From Macrostomum lignano (lineage: Eukaryota), in assembly GCA_002269645.1 (NCBI GenBank), contig NIVC01000100.1, forward strand, positions 62,001-126,000: 64,000 nt of DNA, written 5' to 3'. The translations under genes were made by a program, and so were the position numbers. Of this stretch, positions 32,805 through 44,303 are shown in pieces (positions within the stretch are counted from its first letter, which is position 1; the number at the start of each line of letters is the position of its first letter). A model generated the notes under the pieces. It ran no database searches. It saw nothing but the letters and a program-made list of their open reading frames with translations, and was not told the DNA's origin.

Positions 32805-33491
32805 TCACTGAGCAATCTGCTCAATAACCCAGTCGGGATTGGCGCAGAAGGTGAACCTATTGTCTACTGGCGTGCCCTCAACGAATCGAGCGTAGGTCAA
32901 CCGCACGTTGCCGACCTCCTTGGAGTTCTCGTAGAACTCGAAGTGATTCGGCTCTACCTTGAAGAGCAGCATGGACTCTGGCGGCGGAATCTTGGAGTCC
33001 TTGTACTGGGCCAGCTTGTGCCTCAGCTCCTGGAATTTCTCCTTGAACTCTGAGTCGATCACCTTGCTCTGGTTGGAGTCGATAGCGCTGAAGTAGCACT
33101 TCAGGTCTGGCGTGAACATCTTCTGGAAGTAGCTGTTGATCACGTGACGGTCTCTGATCATGGAAGTCTCGCCGGCCACGGTCACGTGACGGCCGATTGG
33201 CAGCCAATCAAAGTACAGGCAGACATTTTTATTCTGCGATATCTGGCTGCCCTTGCGGCTGTGCAGGGTGGACAGGAACAGAAAGGAGTTGTCGCAGACG
33301 TCGGCGAGCTGCATGGGCCGCTGCGATGGCGTCATGGACTGCGGGCAGGCCGTGGCGAGGACGAAGGTGTCGGCGTTGCCGAACTGCCCGCATCTGGCGG
33401 CGTCCTTCTGCCAGCGGCGGAACAGGTAGAACGGCTGCGAGAAGCCGCGGCTGATCGCGTCCTTCGGATCGCGGATGGGCTTTGTGTGCGG
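32805..33491 (-). CDS. PNPO-like: Divergent PNPO-like protein, copy 2 (inverted duplicate of 9119-9805; 5' end unresolved)
   Basis: 687 bp colinear with copy 1; by eye 7 substitutions (6 synonymous, 1 Cys>Tyr). Confidence 0.8.
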   Translation of the reverse strand, partial: PHTKPIRDPKDAISRGFSQPFYLFRRWQKDAARCGQFGNADTFVLATACPQSMTPSQRPMQLADVCDNSFLFLSTLHSRKGSQISQNKNVCLYFDWLPIGRHVTVAGETSMIRDRHVINSYFQKMFTPDLKCYFSAIDSNQSKVIDSEFKEKFQELRHKLAQYKDSKIPPPESMLLFKVEPNHFEFYENSKEVGNVRLTYARFVEGTPVDNRFTFCANPDWVIEQIAQ

Positions 33492-33900
33492 CAGCAAAGG
33501 GTGAAGCGGGTGCGGAGGGTGAAGCGGGTGCGGATGGTAAAGCGTGTGCGGAGGGTAAAGCGGCTGCGGAGGGTAAAGCGGGTGCAAATATTTGAAGCGG
33601 GTGAGAAGGGTAAGGCGGATGCGGAGGGTGAAGCGTGTGCGGAGGGTGAAGCGGGTGCGGAGGGTGAAGCGTGTGCGGAGGGTAAAGCGGGTGCGGAGGG
33701 TAAAGCGTGTGCGGAGGGTAAAGCGGGTGCGAAGGGTAAAGTGGGTGCGAAGATTTGAAGCGGGTGTGGAGGGTACATATAGATCGGGTGCAGTGGGTAG
33801 AGAAAATAACCTGTAAGGAGGGTAAAGCGGGTGTGGAGGGTATAATAGGAGAGGAGGGTGAAGCGGGTGGGGAGGGTAAAGTGGCGCAGAGGGTATAACA
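33492..33900 (-). repeat. 17/18-bp CCGCTTCACCCTCCGCAC array 5' of PNPO-like copy 2
   Basis: Same unit as 8681-9118 but a different unit order and number. Confidence 0.85.
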
Positions 33901-34640
33901 GGCTGAGGGTGAAGCAAGTGTCGAGTGTGGAGGGGGTAGGGAGCATGCTTGGGCGCAACCTTGGGATTCACTCGGCCGTTTCTATTGGCAACACACACAT
34001 GTAAGTCGCTATTGGACGGAATAGTAGTCTAGATATTTAGTAAATATCTAAGTTTTGTATGCTTGCTTGCTTGTAAACTGAAGATAAAAGACAAAGAATC
34101 ATACGATTAAAAATGCTTAGTAAACTTCCGATCGGCAGTGAATAGGTGCATGGGTATCTAAAGCTGCAAACTGGTTTTATTGACAATGTACAGAACCAGA
34201 ACGTACTTAGTCTTATCTAGTCGATCAGATCGATCTGGACAAAAGATCCCAGTACAGGAACAAAAAAGGAAATACCGCCATTAAAGAAATCGTGAAGAAA
34301 AATATTAAATTTTTAGAAATATTGCTGTAACAACGTTTTAATAGTAGTTTTTTTAAGAAAATCATTTTAATGGTAAACTTAGTTTTCACACTACTTTGTT
34401 TTACAGCAATCATCCCTATTTAATAATAATGTCAAGGACGACTTAAGTAGAAGGACGGGAAACCTCGTTTCTTAGAAAAGTTTTGAAGGCACTTTTTCCC
34501 GAAAAAATACACTACAAAGATAGGAAGTTTTCATTTTTTCAGCACAAAAATTGTTATTGCGTTTGATAGGAGGCAGATCCAGTGTTCATCTTTTGATATG
34601 TTGTGCCTTTTTTATTGCTCTATCGATATTTATAAAGCTT

Positions 34641-34922
34641 TTTGTTCAGAAAACTAGGATTCTATGTTAATTTTTGATTCTACGTATATTTCCTGTATCT
34701 AAAAATCACAAAAATGCATGACACAGCTCCAATATTTGGTTTTATGAACCTATTTTATCATCTCTGTTACAAAAATTTGCTACACAGTCGGGTAAGAATG
34801 ATAAAATAGACTCATAAAACCAAAGAGCCGAGCCGTGGCATTCTAATGTATTTCAAGCACAAGACACGCGAAAATATACGAAGAATAAGAAATTAACATA
34901 GAATCCTAGTTTTCTGAACAAA
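34641..34922. mobile_element. Putative MITE, ~280 bp with ~55-bp terminal inverted repeats
   Basis: TTTGTTCAGAAAACTAGGATTCTATGTTAATTT at 34641 is the exact reverse complement of 34890-34922, and imperfect pairing continues about 20 bp further. No TSD identified. Confidence 0.6.
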
Positions 34923-34926
34923 GTAC

Positions 34927-35297
34927 CGTTTGATGCGAATGCGTAGCAGACATAGTGCCCCTTGTTGGCCGCTTCACCGCGATGCACAACGACGGCTTTT
35001 AATCGATAGATTGAGGAACGAAGTGATAAAAAATTTTGGATCATAAGCGGAGCGCAATTTTTGCTAGGTAAGTTGGTGTTGTGGATTGCGCCCGATAGAT
35101 TGAGACACACAGCACCTTCGGTTTGCTGAGTATGGTTGTCTTTTCAACAAGCTGGCCTCCTTTGCAAGAAGAACATGGGAGTAGTACACTGCGAGGAGTA
35201 CTAGAGTGACAAAGTGCACCTTCAATTAAGAGTGAGAGGTCTTGTCGATCATCAGTGTTAGAGGGAGCAACTGACACGCTGTGTCTCGTTGAAGAAA
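34927..35297 (-). pseudogene. Ubiquitin-specific protease (peptidase C19)-like C-terminal exon with an internal frameshift
   Basis: ccgcag acceptor and G|gtact donor. One frame gives PCSSCKGG...KTTILSKPKVLCVSIYR; another gives YRLKAVVVHRGEAANKGHYVCY (USP His box). No Cys box was found nearby. Confidence 0.5.
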
Positions 35298-38200
35298 CTG
35301 CGGAATGTTCAAATGAAAAGCAATGCACAATTTAAATTTTTGGAGCAGTTACACTAAAGAAAATTATTATTTTATAAAATTAAGAGAGGCTAATAAAATT
35401 AGTAGGGCTTGAATTGAATAATATGCTGTGAAGACTCAAACTTGTAAGCCAAGAAGGCTAGAATTAGGGTTAGCAATTAGGCAATTAGGCGAACTATAGA
35501 CATTAAGGAATGTGTAGGTATTAAATAAATAAATCATGCAGGTGCTAATAGTAGCTTAAAACCTATCACTTGGTCCCTTAGAACGCCATAATTTTGGACA
35601 TTAGAATTAAAAAATAGTGTTTTACTGATTGGGCACTTGTTCTTATTGGAAAATTTCTCATAAATATAGAAATATTAATATAAACAATACTAATAAATTT
35701 GCCTATTAAAACTTTGTGGCATTCGTAGGATTTTAGAAGAAGGAAGTATACCCTGCAACATATGTGCAGAATATTTATGTGCTAAAGGATTTAGGTCTGA
35801 AATAAATAACGACAATAAATGTTATGTGAAGATGGTTTATATGTTGTTTATTCAAAGCATCACATATAACTTTTCAGTAAAAAGACTTCTTGTTCTGTAA
35901 GGTAGATTTTTTACTTATATGCTTGCATTTTTTACCTAATAATTTAAATGAGTAGCACAATTTCTTAAATATCATGACTTGGCAAATTATTCATAATAAT
36001 AAAGGTTTTCTTAAACTTAAAAGGATTGTATATAAAGAAGAGACTGTAATTTAAACTTTCACTGAGTAGCTATTCCTTTTTTGTTGGTTGAAATCATACA
36101 AAAAGTAATTGAACTTATTAATTTATGGTCCAACTTATCATTTATTGTCCATCTATTGAACTTATCAATTAATTTATTCAATTAATTGAATAAAAGAATA
36201 AGCTTGGAAACTTTTAATTTAATCATCATCTTACAAAGTAAAAAAAAACTTTTTAGGTGCAATTTTTTCATCAAATAATCTGCCAATGTATTAACTTTTA
36301 AAATATAGAAATACTTGCAATTTGGAATATCCAAAGTTCGTTCTTCATGAAGTAATCCTAACAGAATAAGTTGTGGTTTTTTGATAAGAGCAGAATGCTT
36401 CATTTTATGGAAAATTGAGTTCTGACTATTAGTTTGATCATTTTTGCGCATATTTAGCATTAAATCGGTACGCCTGTAGTACAGAACCTTCGGGGTAGTA
36501 AAATCACAGTGTAATAGCATTGCAAGCTGCAGTTTTTGCATGTGCGATTATTTTAAAAAATCGAATGCCAAATTAAACATGTACAAAAAACGATAATACA
36601 AAGAATATTTAACAAATCATCTATCACGAAAGCAAGGATGTCATTTCTGTTATAATCATTTAAAAAAAATTTTTTTAAGTAACTCCGCAAGTTTATTCTG
36701 CATTTTCATATCTAATTTTGTTATAAAAAGGGGTGTCCAATGTGTCCAATGTGCCAGTGCCAGCTTTTATACACACCCTTTATACAGACCCTTAAGTCGT
36801 CCTTGAATAATGTATGTTTATATCAAAAAACAAACCGATAACTTTTGAAACTATTATCTAAGCTGCATATTAAAATAAATATATTTTCCGCTTTTACCGT
36901 TTATAAGTAAAACTATACATTTGTTAAAATCAACTTTTATCAAGATTAACAAACAGTGCAAAATTTAAAAGTGTAAACAAATGCACGTTACTGAACCGGC
37001 CATGACAGTCAAATGTAAAATTGCAGTCAGAATTCACGAAGTAAGGCTTATATGGGCGTTAAAGCTTTAAGCTTAGATCACTAGTCCACTATGATCATAA
37101 TATATATACAGCTGTAAATATCCATTATAAACATTTTTCAAAATGACGTTTGCCATTTCTGTCGCCAGCTGGTCATGTGGCTTTTTTGTAAACCAGCCAG
37201 CCAGAGGCCAGAGCCAGTGAATGGCAGCCACATGAGGGCGAGTCAAGAGACATAAGTCCTTCAAAGAAAGAATTTGAGGGGGTAATACAAAAGGCTAAAT
37301 TCAGATATAATAGGACAGAGAAACCTAAGTTCTAAAAAAGAATAAAGACTAAATTACTGAATTAGCCTAAACATTTGTCATTGAAATATTGCCTTGGGAA
37401 GCTTGGTTTCTTTTTTGTGCAATAGGCAGTGGCATAACTGGGGAGGGGTGGAGGCAATTGCAGTTTCCCTTCTTAGGCAATGACTAGAAAAAATTAAAGT
37501 GGAGACTAGGCCTAAGTGAATTTAATTAAGCCAAAATACAAAGTTAGGCCTAGTTCCTTTATCTTCCTAACCTTCCTTTGGGTCTTTACCTTCCTAAATC
37601 CACCATTTTACCTAGGGATATTATAGCATCTTTATTTAAATTGCATCTTGAAATTAGACATTAGATTAGATACAATTTTGTATTTTAATTTTTGCAAAAA
37701 ACTTTATAGGCCCTACTAGACTATATAACTTTATAAAGATGCTATATAAAATCTTAACTTTCTTAATTGTATTATTGGATTAATTGCAAATATTCTTCTA
37801 TTTTCATTAGTGTTTCCACTTTGGTGTGAATTTGTACCATGCCCAAAAATGTGGCAATATGACCCAAATGCGCAAATAATATTTGGCACAAATCTAAAAA
37901 TATAGAAAGTTTGTACCTAAATTATAACCCTTTCCACATTTTTTGTTGATTTTCACTTTAGGTATTGTTTGTAACAAAACAGACTATGCCTATGGAATGC
38001 AATAAATTTTATAGCCTAATTGTAGCATTGATTTAGAAAAAGTAATTGCCTCATGTCCATGCTATTATTGCCATTTTTGGACCTATTTTTACTAAGCTGT
38101 AGTGTTTTATCTTGTCAAAAATTTGATGATTTATCATTGGGTACTTTGTATGTTAGGTATTTGAGTTTCTTTAAATAGCCTATCTTAATAGACATCACAT

Positions 38201-38604
38201 TACATTAGAGCCTTAGAGGTAAGAGTGATGAACTGATAATAATACAAAAAATATCCATGGTATGAAAAAATAAAAGTTGTTGAATAGAAATACTGATTTT
38301 TATAAAATGTGTTTCTTTTAGAAGTAAAGTTGAATTGTATATAATAAACTTTACTACAAGCAACCAAGTAACATAAATTTAGTAATATTTTTAATAAAGG
38401 TTATTGTCTTTGGAAATAAGGCCTAGTTTGCTGTTTTTTATTTGCAATGGTTATTTGTATATATAGTGTACATCTATATTTATAGTGTAAGCAGGAAAAA
38501 AATTAATAAAAATTAGAGTTTTTATATAATATTAGATAGAATCAATATTTTGGATTAGGTAAAAATTATTGCTTGAATTTGGATCATATATGCATACCCC
38601 CTAG

Positions 38605-38802
38605 ATTTACACTGGCCATGCAACTTACTTTTTGACCAAAATATAACTTACCTGTGAAAGAAAACTGAAGAAAAAATTAATGCTAATTTGGGTAAATGGC
38701 AGGAGTAATTATCACTGTTTTATTAAGGCTAAATGCCTCATCATCTAATTAGTACTAGGTCTTTTGGGTGAGCATTTTTGCAACTTACCCCTGGTCTACC
38801 AC
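38605..38802 (+). repeat. Dispersed ~200-bp repeat with a 28S rDNA-derived core (38690-38753), copy B
   Basis: The core matches the recalled eukaryotic LSU segment GGGTAAACGGCGGGAGTAACTATGACTCTCTTAAGGTAGCCAAATGCCTCGTCATCTAATTAGT at 51/64 ungapped; the flanks align with 58346-58570. Confidence 0.75.
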
Positions 38803-38944
38803 AATTTACTTTGGTCAGATCAGTCAGGTTGACCAGCAGTTGTGCATGTATGATATTTTGGATCCTATCGCCTTTAATAGTATAATTCCTCTGTTTTGTA
38901 CAGCGAACCATGCATACCTTATAATATTTGATGTCATTATTTTC

Positions 38945-41900
38945 ATGAAGCTAACACAAGCAATGAGCGGCAGCTTAGCAGCCGACACTAACAATCCACA
39001 GGCTAAGACGCCTCAGTCATCAACATTTAAGCAACGTCGTTCAGCTGTCAATCAATCAAATCTCAACCTATCTGATTCTGTTAAAAAGTCGAAAAAACGC
39101 AATTCCATGGCTAAAGCTGGCCCAGTGCCAAAGATGAGCTACGCCATGGCTTTGAAACACATTGTTGGCCCGATGCCAAGGGGTGCAGTTGATTCTAATC
39201 AGCCGGACCCAGCTTGGCTACACCAGCGACAGAAACGGCCGCGCCAGCAGCAGCAGCCGCCTAGAAAGAAGGCTTCTCGCCGATCCAGCATTCGAGTTCG
39301 AGGACGCGGACTGAACGATGCAGCTCGAACTCCGGTTGCTATTCGTCAGGCTGGCGCAATGTCTACTGGCCATGCTCTGTCGCCTCCAACTTTGATTGTT
39401 GGCTCAAAGCAGCCGGCTAAGCAGCAGAAAAAGCAGAAGCCATCAATAGTTGCTAGGGAACCTAACGCTACCCCTACTGATGCCGCTGGTACTAATACTA
39501 CTACTGCTAGTAGTAAAACACCGCCTCCACCAACTCCGGCTTCGATATTGAACAAAAAGAAACGAATGACTTGGGCTCAACAATTGCACTCGCCTGCGGC
39601 TAAGCCGCCTCAAAGCGATCCAGCCGAACCTCCGCCAAGTTCGGCGCTAAGAAAGTCAATCCTAGTTCGACGAGCAATGATGGGAGCCGCTGCGAAAGCT
39701 TCTAAGCAACGTGCCGATGACGAGCCTGATATTAATAAAAAGTCTCCCGTTGTTATTAAAGTTAATAAAACGCCGATTGCTACTGCTAGTAGTAATCAGT
39801 CTACAAGCTCGTCTGTTTCTATGCTAACTATGGCGCCAATTGTTGTTGCCAATACGCCAGAGAGAGCTGCTATGACTGCTGCCGGCAATGAGTCAACTGC
39901 ACCACCCGCTGATAATAAACGTCGACGTTCCTCGGTAGCGGCCGCAAAATCGTTGAGAAAGTCGAAATCTATTGGCAAGGTATTTTGAAGTATTATAAAT
40001 GCTCATCAGGTTTAGGAGCGGGAAGATAGTTTAGACACAGATGATCCCATCTTTAAAAAAGTACCTGCATAATTCTGCTTGAAGTTTAGTGCTTTATCAG
40101 TGGATCGCAACTGATTCCACTAAGATTTCATTTAGGAGCCTTTCAATCCAATCCTCAATTCAATACCCCTGAAACTTTCTAACAGTGAACAAAACCAAGA
40201 ATTCGGTGCTAGATTTACGATATTACCCCTAAGAGAATTCCCTCAGAGATTTGATATCCCTAAATAATTCCTCTCGATATATATTACTCATGAAAGAATT
40301 CCCTCCTTGTTTATTACTCCTAGAGAATTCCCTCCTTGTTTATTACTCCTAGAGGATTCCCTTCTTGTTTATTACTCATCGAGAATTCCCTCCTTGTTTA
40401 TTACTCATCGAGAATTCCCTCCTTGTTTATTACTCATCGAGAATTCCCTCCTTGTTTATTACTCATCGAGAATTCCCTCCTTGTTTATTACTCATCGAGA
40501 ATTCCCTCCTTGTTTATTACTCCTAGAGAATTAACTCCTTGTTTATTAGTTTTAGAGAATTCCCTCCTAGATATAATACTCCTAGATAATTCCCACCTAA
40601 ATTTATTACTCCTAGAAAATTCCCTCCTAGATTTATTACTCCTAGAGAATTCCCTCCTTGTTTATTAGTCTTAAAAAATGCCCGCCTATTTTATACTCCT
40701 AAAGAATTCCCTCCTTGTTTTTTTACTTTAGAGAGAATTCCCAAGAATTAATACCCCCTAGAAAATACCCTCCAAGATTTAATACCCCATAGAGGATTTT
40801 TTTGCGAGATTTACTGCTCCCTAAGAGTTTTTAGCGATTTATTACCCCAATAATTTCTCCTGATCTCGCAGGCCCAGCCGAAGATGACCTACGCCATGGC
40901 TTTGCAGCGCGTCGCCGGGCCAATGCCCCGCAGCGCTATGGCTTCCACCACCGCTGCCGTCAGAATTAGGACTAAGCAACATCAACAGCAAAAACGTCGC
41001 TCAAAGAAGCAGCAGTCTCAACAAGCCGGTAAACGGCCTGGGCCGCCCATGTCGACGCTAGAACAACCGACCGCCCCGCCGCCGGCTAAACTGCCTCGAC
41101 TGTCGGCGACCACGGCATCAACAGCAACAACTAACGATTCCGGAGCTGAGGAATCAGCGACTAAGCAGCAACGGCCAGTAGGAGGAGGTCCACGACGAGG
41201 CAGAACAACCGGCCTTTTGGCACGCTCGAAAAGTCTGGCGACTGGCGGACATCTGGCTGCTGCGGCTCACGCGTCTCGCCCTGCCGCTTTGGTTGTTTCG
41301 CATCTGCGTAAATCCGTTGATAGCGGGGTTAGTCAGGTGGTCGTTAAGACGCCACGGGACAAGACACCTGCCAGGACACCCCAAGACAGGACGCCTGCCA
41401 AGACACCCCGGGATAAGACGCCCGCCAAGACACCACGGGACAGGACGCCTGCCAAGACACCTGGCGAGAAGACGCCCGCCAAGACACCTGGCGAGAAGAC
41501 GCCCGCCAAGACACCTGGCGAGAAGACGCCCGCCAAGACACCTGGCGAAAAGACGCCCGCCAAGACACCTGGCGAGAAGACGCCCGCCAAGACACCTGGC
41601 GAGAAGACGCCCGCCAAGACACCTGGTGAGAAGGTGCCCGCCAAGACACCCCGGGACAAGACGCCCATCAAGACACCTGGTGAGAAGGTGCCCGCCAAGA
41701 CACCCCGGGACAAGACGCCCGCCAAGACACCTGGTGAGATGGCACCCCGGGACAAGACGCCCGCCAAGACACCTGGTGAGATGGCACCCCGGGACAAGAC
41801 GCCCGCCAAGACACCTGGTGAGATGGCACCCCGGGACAAGACGCCCGCCAAGACACCTGGTGAGATGGCACCCCGGGACAAGACGCCCGCCAAGACAACT

Positions 41901-44303
41901 GCAACTGGCGAGAAGACACCCCGGGACAAGACGCCCACCAGGGCACCTAGCGAGAAGACTAGCCGGGGCAAGACGCCCACCAGGGCACCTAGCGAGAAGA
42001 CTACCCGGGACAAGACGCCCGCAACAACACCTGCTGAGATGGCGCCCAGGGACAAGACACCTGCCAAGGTACCTGAGGAGAAGACCCCCGTCAAGACACC
42101 TAGTGAGAAGACACCCCGGGACAAGACGCCCGCCAAGACACCTAGCGAGAAGACACCCCGGGACAAGACGCCCGCCAAGACACCTGTCGAAAAGACGCCC
42201 GCCAAGACACCTGGAGAGAAGACACCCCGAGACAAGACGCCCGCCAAGACACCTGGCGAGAAGACACCCCGAGACAAGACGCCCGCTAAGACACCTGGCG
42301 AGAAGACACCCCGAGACAAGACGCCCGCTAAGACACCTGGCGAGAAGACACCCCGAGACAAGACGCCCGCTAAGACACCTGGCGAGAAGACACCCCAAGA
42401 CAAGACGCCCGCTAAGACACCTGGCGAGAAGACACCCCGAGACAAGACGTCCACAAAGACACCTGAGCACAATAATACGCTCTCCAAGTCGCAGTCTGCC
42501 AGCGCTAGTGAAGCAGTGGCAAACACAGCCCACACCCTCGCCGTCCCTGAAAAGCCGGCCAATCGTCAGGGACGAAGCCAAAAGCGCAAAGCGGCCAGAG
42601 ATGCAGAGAACTCGCCAGCCGATAAGCAGCATCAGCAACAACGAGTTGCTCCATCTTCAAACTCGTCGTCTCCTTTGAGACTGTGGAATCCGACTAATGA
42701 TCCCGTCGATGAAGTACCGCCTTCAACAAAGACTAAGACGAAGACCAGCAAGCAAAAAGCTAAAGTAGTTTCCGTCGCTAAGTCGGTTAAATCGACAAAA
42801 ACTCGCACGAACAGCAAGGCCATTGCTAAGGACGCTATTGATTCGGAATCTGAAGTTGTTGGCAAGGCCAATTCAACCGTCGTCAAGAAAAATTCGCGTC
42901 AAAAACGACCCGTCGGCAAGAAACCGATTGTCGAAGAGCCGGCTCAACCAGCGGTTGGCAATTCGACGCGTCAAGCCGCTACGGTTGCTACAGACGCTAT
43001 TTATAATTCTGCCGGTTCAAAGCATACCATTGCCATGGCAACCAACACGGCTCCAACTAAAAATAATTCGCGTCGTAAAGCGGTTGCTAAGCAACCGAGA
43101 GAGCCGGTTATTGCTGATGTCGAAGAGTCGATTGCTAAGGACGCAGTGGTTGCTAACGAAATCCAATCATCTGATACCGTCGCTACTAAAGCTAATACTA
43201 ATAAGCGTCTTCGCAAGCCAATAAGCACTGAAGACAAAACTTCTTTGGCTGAGGTTGCTAAGGACGCTACAAGGTCCAGTCGAGCCATTCCAGCGGCGGA
43301 ACTCGCTGCTCAGCCTGAAATCGTCGAGTCGGTCGTCGAAGACGCCCCGGTTGGTCGTCGAAAGCGACGGGCGGCAGCGCCATCTACGAAGACGGCGGCG
43401 TCGAAAAAGTCCCGCCGCAGCGCCGCTAAGACCAACGAGATTGCTGTAGAATCAAGGGAGACGATTGTTACTAAGGAGGTCGTTGTCAAGGAGACGGTTA
43501 CACGCGGCCGCGCCAAGCGAGCCATGGCTGTTGCAGACGATACCGAATCGCCGGCTAAGAAGCCGCGTCGCGGCGCAGCCAAAAAAGCAGAGGAAGCTCC
43601 AATTGATGCGGAAGCTCCTGTTGCTAAGAGGGCTCCAGTTGCTAAAAAAGCGGCTGCTACTAAGGTACCTCCTACGATCGAGAAAGCTCCTGTTACTGAG
43701 GAACCTTCCGTTGCTAAGAGGGCTCATGCCACACGTAGGGCGGTTGCTAAGGAAGCTCCTGTTGCTGGGGAAGCTTCCGTTGCTAAGAGGGCTCCTGCTA
43801 CAAGGAGGGCAGTGGCTGCTAAGGAAGCTGCTGTTGCTGTGGAAACTTCTATTGCTAAGAGAGCTCCGGCTACGCGAAGGGCGATGGTTGCTAAGGAAGC
43901 TTCTGTCACTAAGGTCAATACTGTTTCAAAGCAGTCTCCAGTTGCTAAAAATGTCACTACTGCCAAGAAAGCTGACGTTGCTAAGGAAGCTCCCGTCACT
44001 AAGAAAGCTGCTGTTGCTAAGGAAGCTCCCGTCACTAAGAAAGCTGTCGTTGCTAAGGAAGCCCCCGTCACTAAGAAAGCTGCCGTTGCTAAGGAAGCTC
44101 CCGTCACTAAGAAAGCTGCCGTTGCTAAGAAAGCCGCCGTCACCAAGAAAGCCGCCGTCACTAAGAAAGCCGCCGTCGCTAAGGAAGCTCCCGTTGCTAT
44201 GCCGGCTGTTCGGGCTAAACGAGCCGCTGCCAAAGTTGCAGAGGAGGCCATTATGGTTTCAGCTGAAGCTAGAGTGACGACCAAACGTGGCGATCGAAAA
44301 TAA
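38945..44303 (+). CDS. Large basic low-complexity protein (~1490 aa) with a KTP/TPAK repeat block and an H1-like AKKA/VAKEAPVTKK tail; no recognised ortholog
   Basis: Exons 38945-39979 (AAG|gtatt) and 40872-44303 (ctcgcag|GCC) join in phase 0. Long open frames with varied wobble bases. The start codon is uncertain (38945 or 38963, or an upstream exon). Confidence 0.75.
40220..40800. repeat. 29-bp minisatellite GAGAATTCCCTCCTTGTTTATTACTCATC
   Basis: Core array 40290-40540 with degenerate flanks, in intron 39980-40871. Confidence 0.9.

Noticed and set aside
36182-37264. Minus-strand ORFs (119 aa and 63 aa) as upstream USP exons
   Set aside because: No Cys-box or QxD motif in the frames examined, AT-rich, and no convincing splice chain.
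38690-38753. Functional rRNA gene at the 28S-like segments
   Set aside because: Only 64 nt match, at ~80% identity in a nearly invariant region, and the flanks are non-ribosomal; annotated as a repeat instead.
41154-44284. Long antisense and alternative-frame ORFs over the TP-repeat gene
   Set aside because: Shadows of a GC-rich repetitive CDS; only the 40884 frame is open throughout and splices to exon 1.
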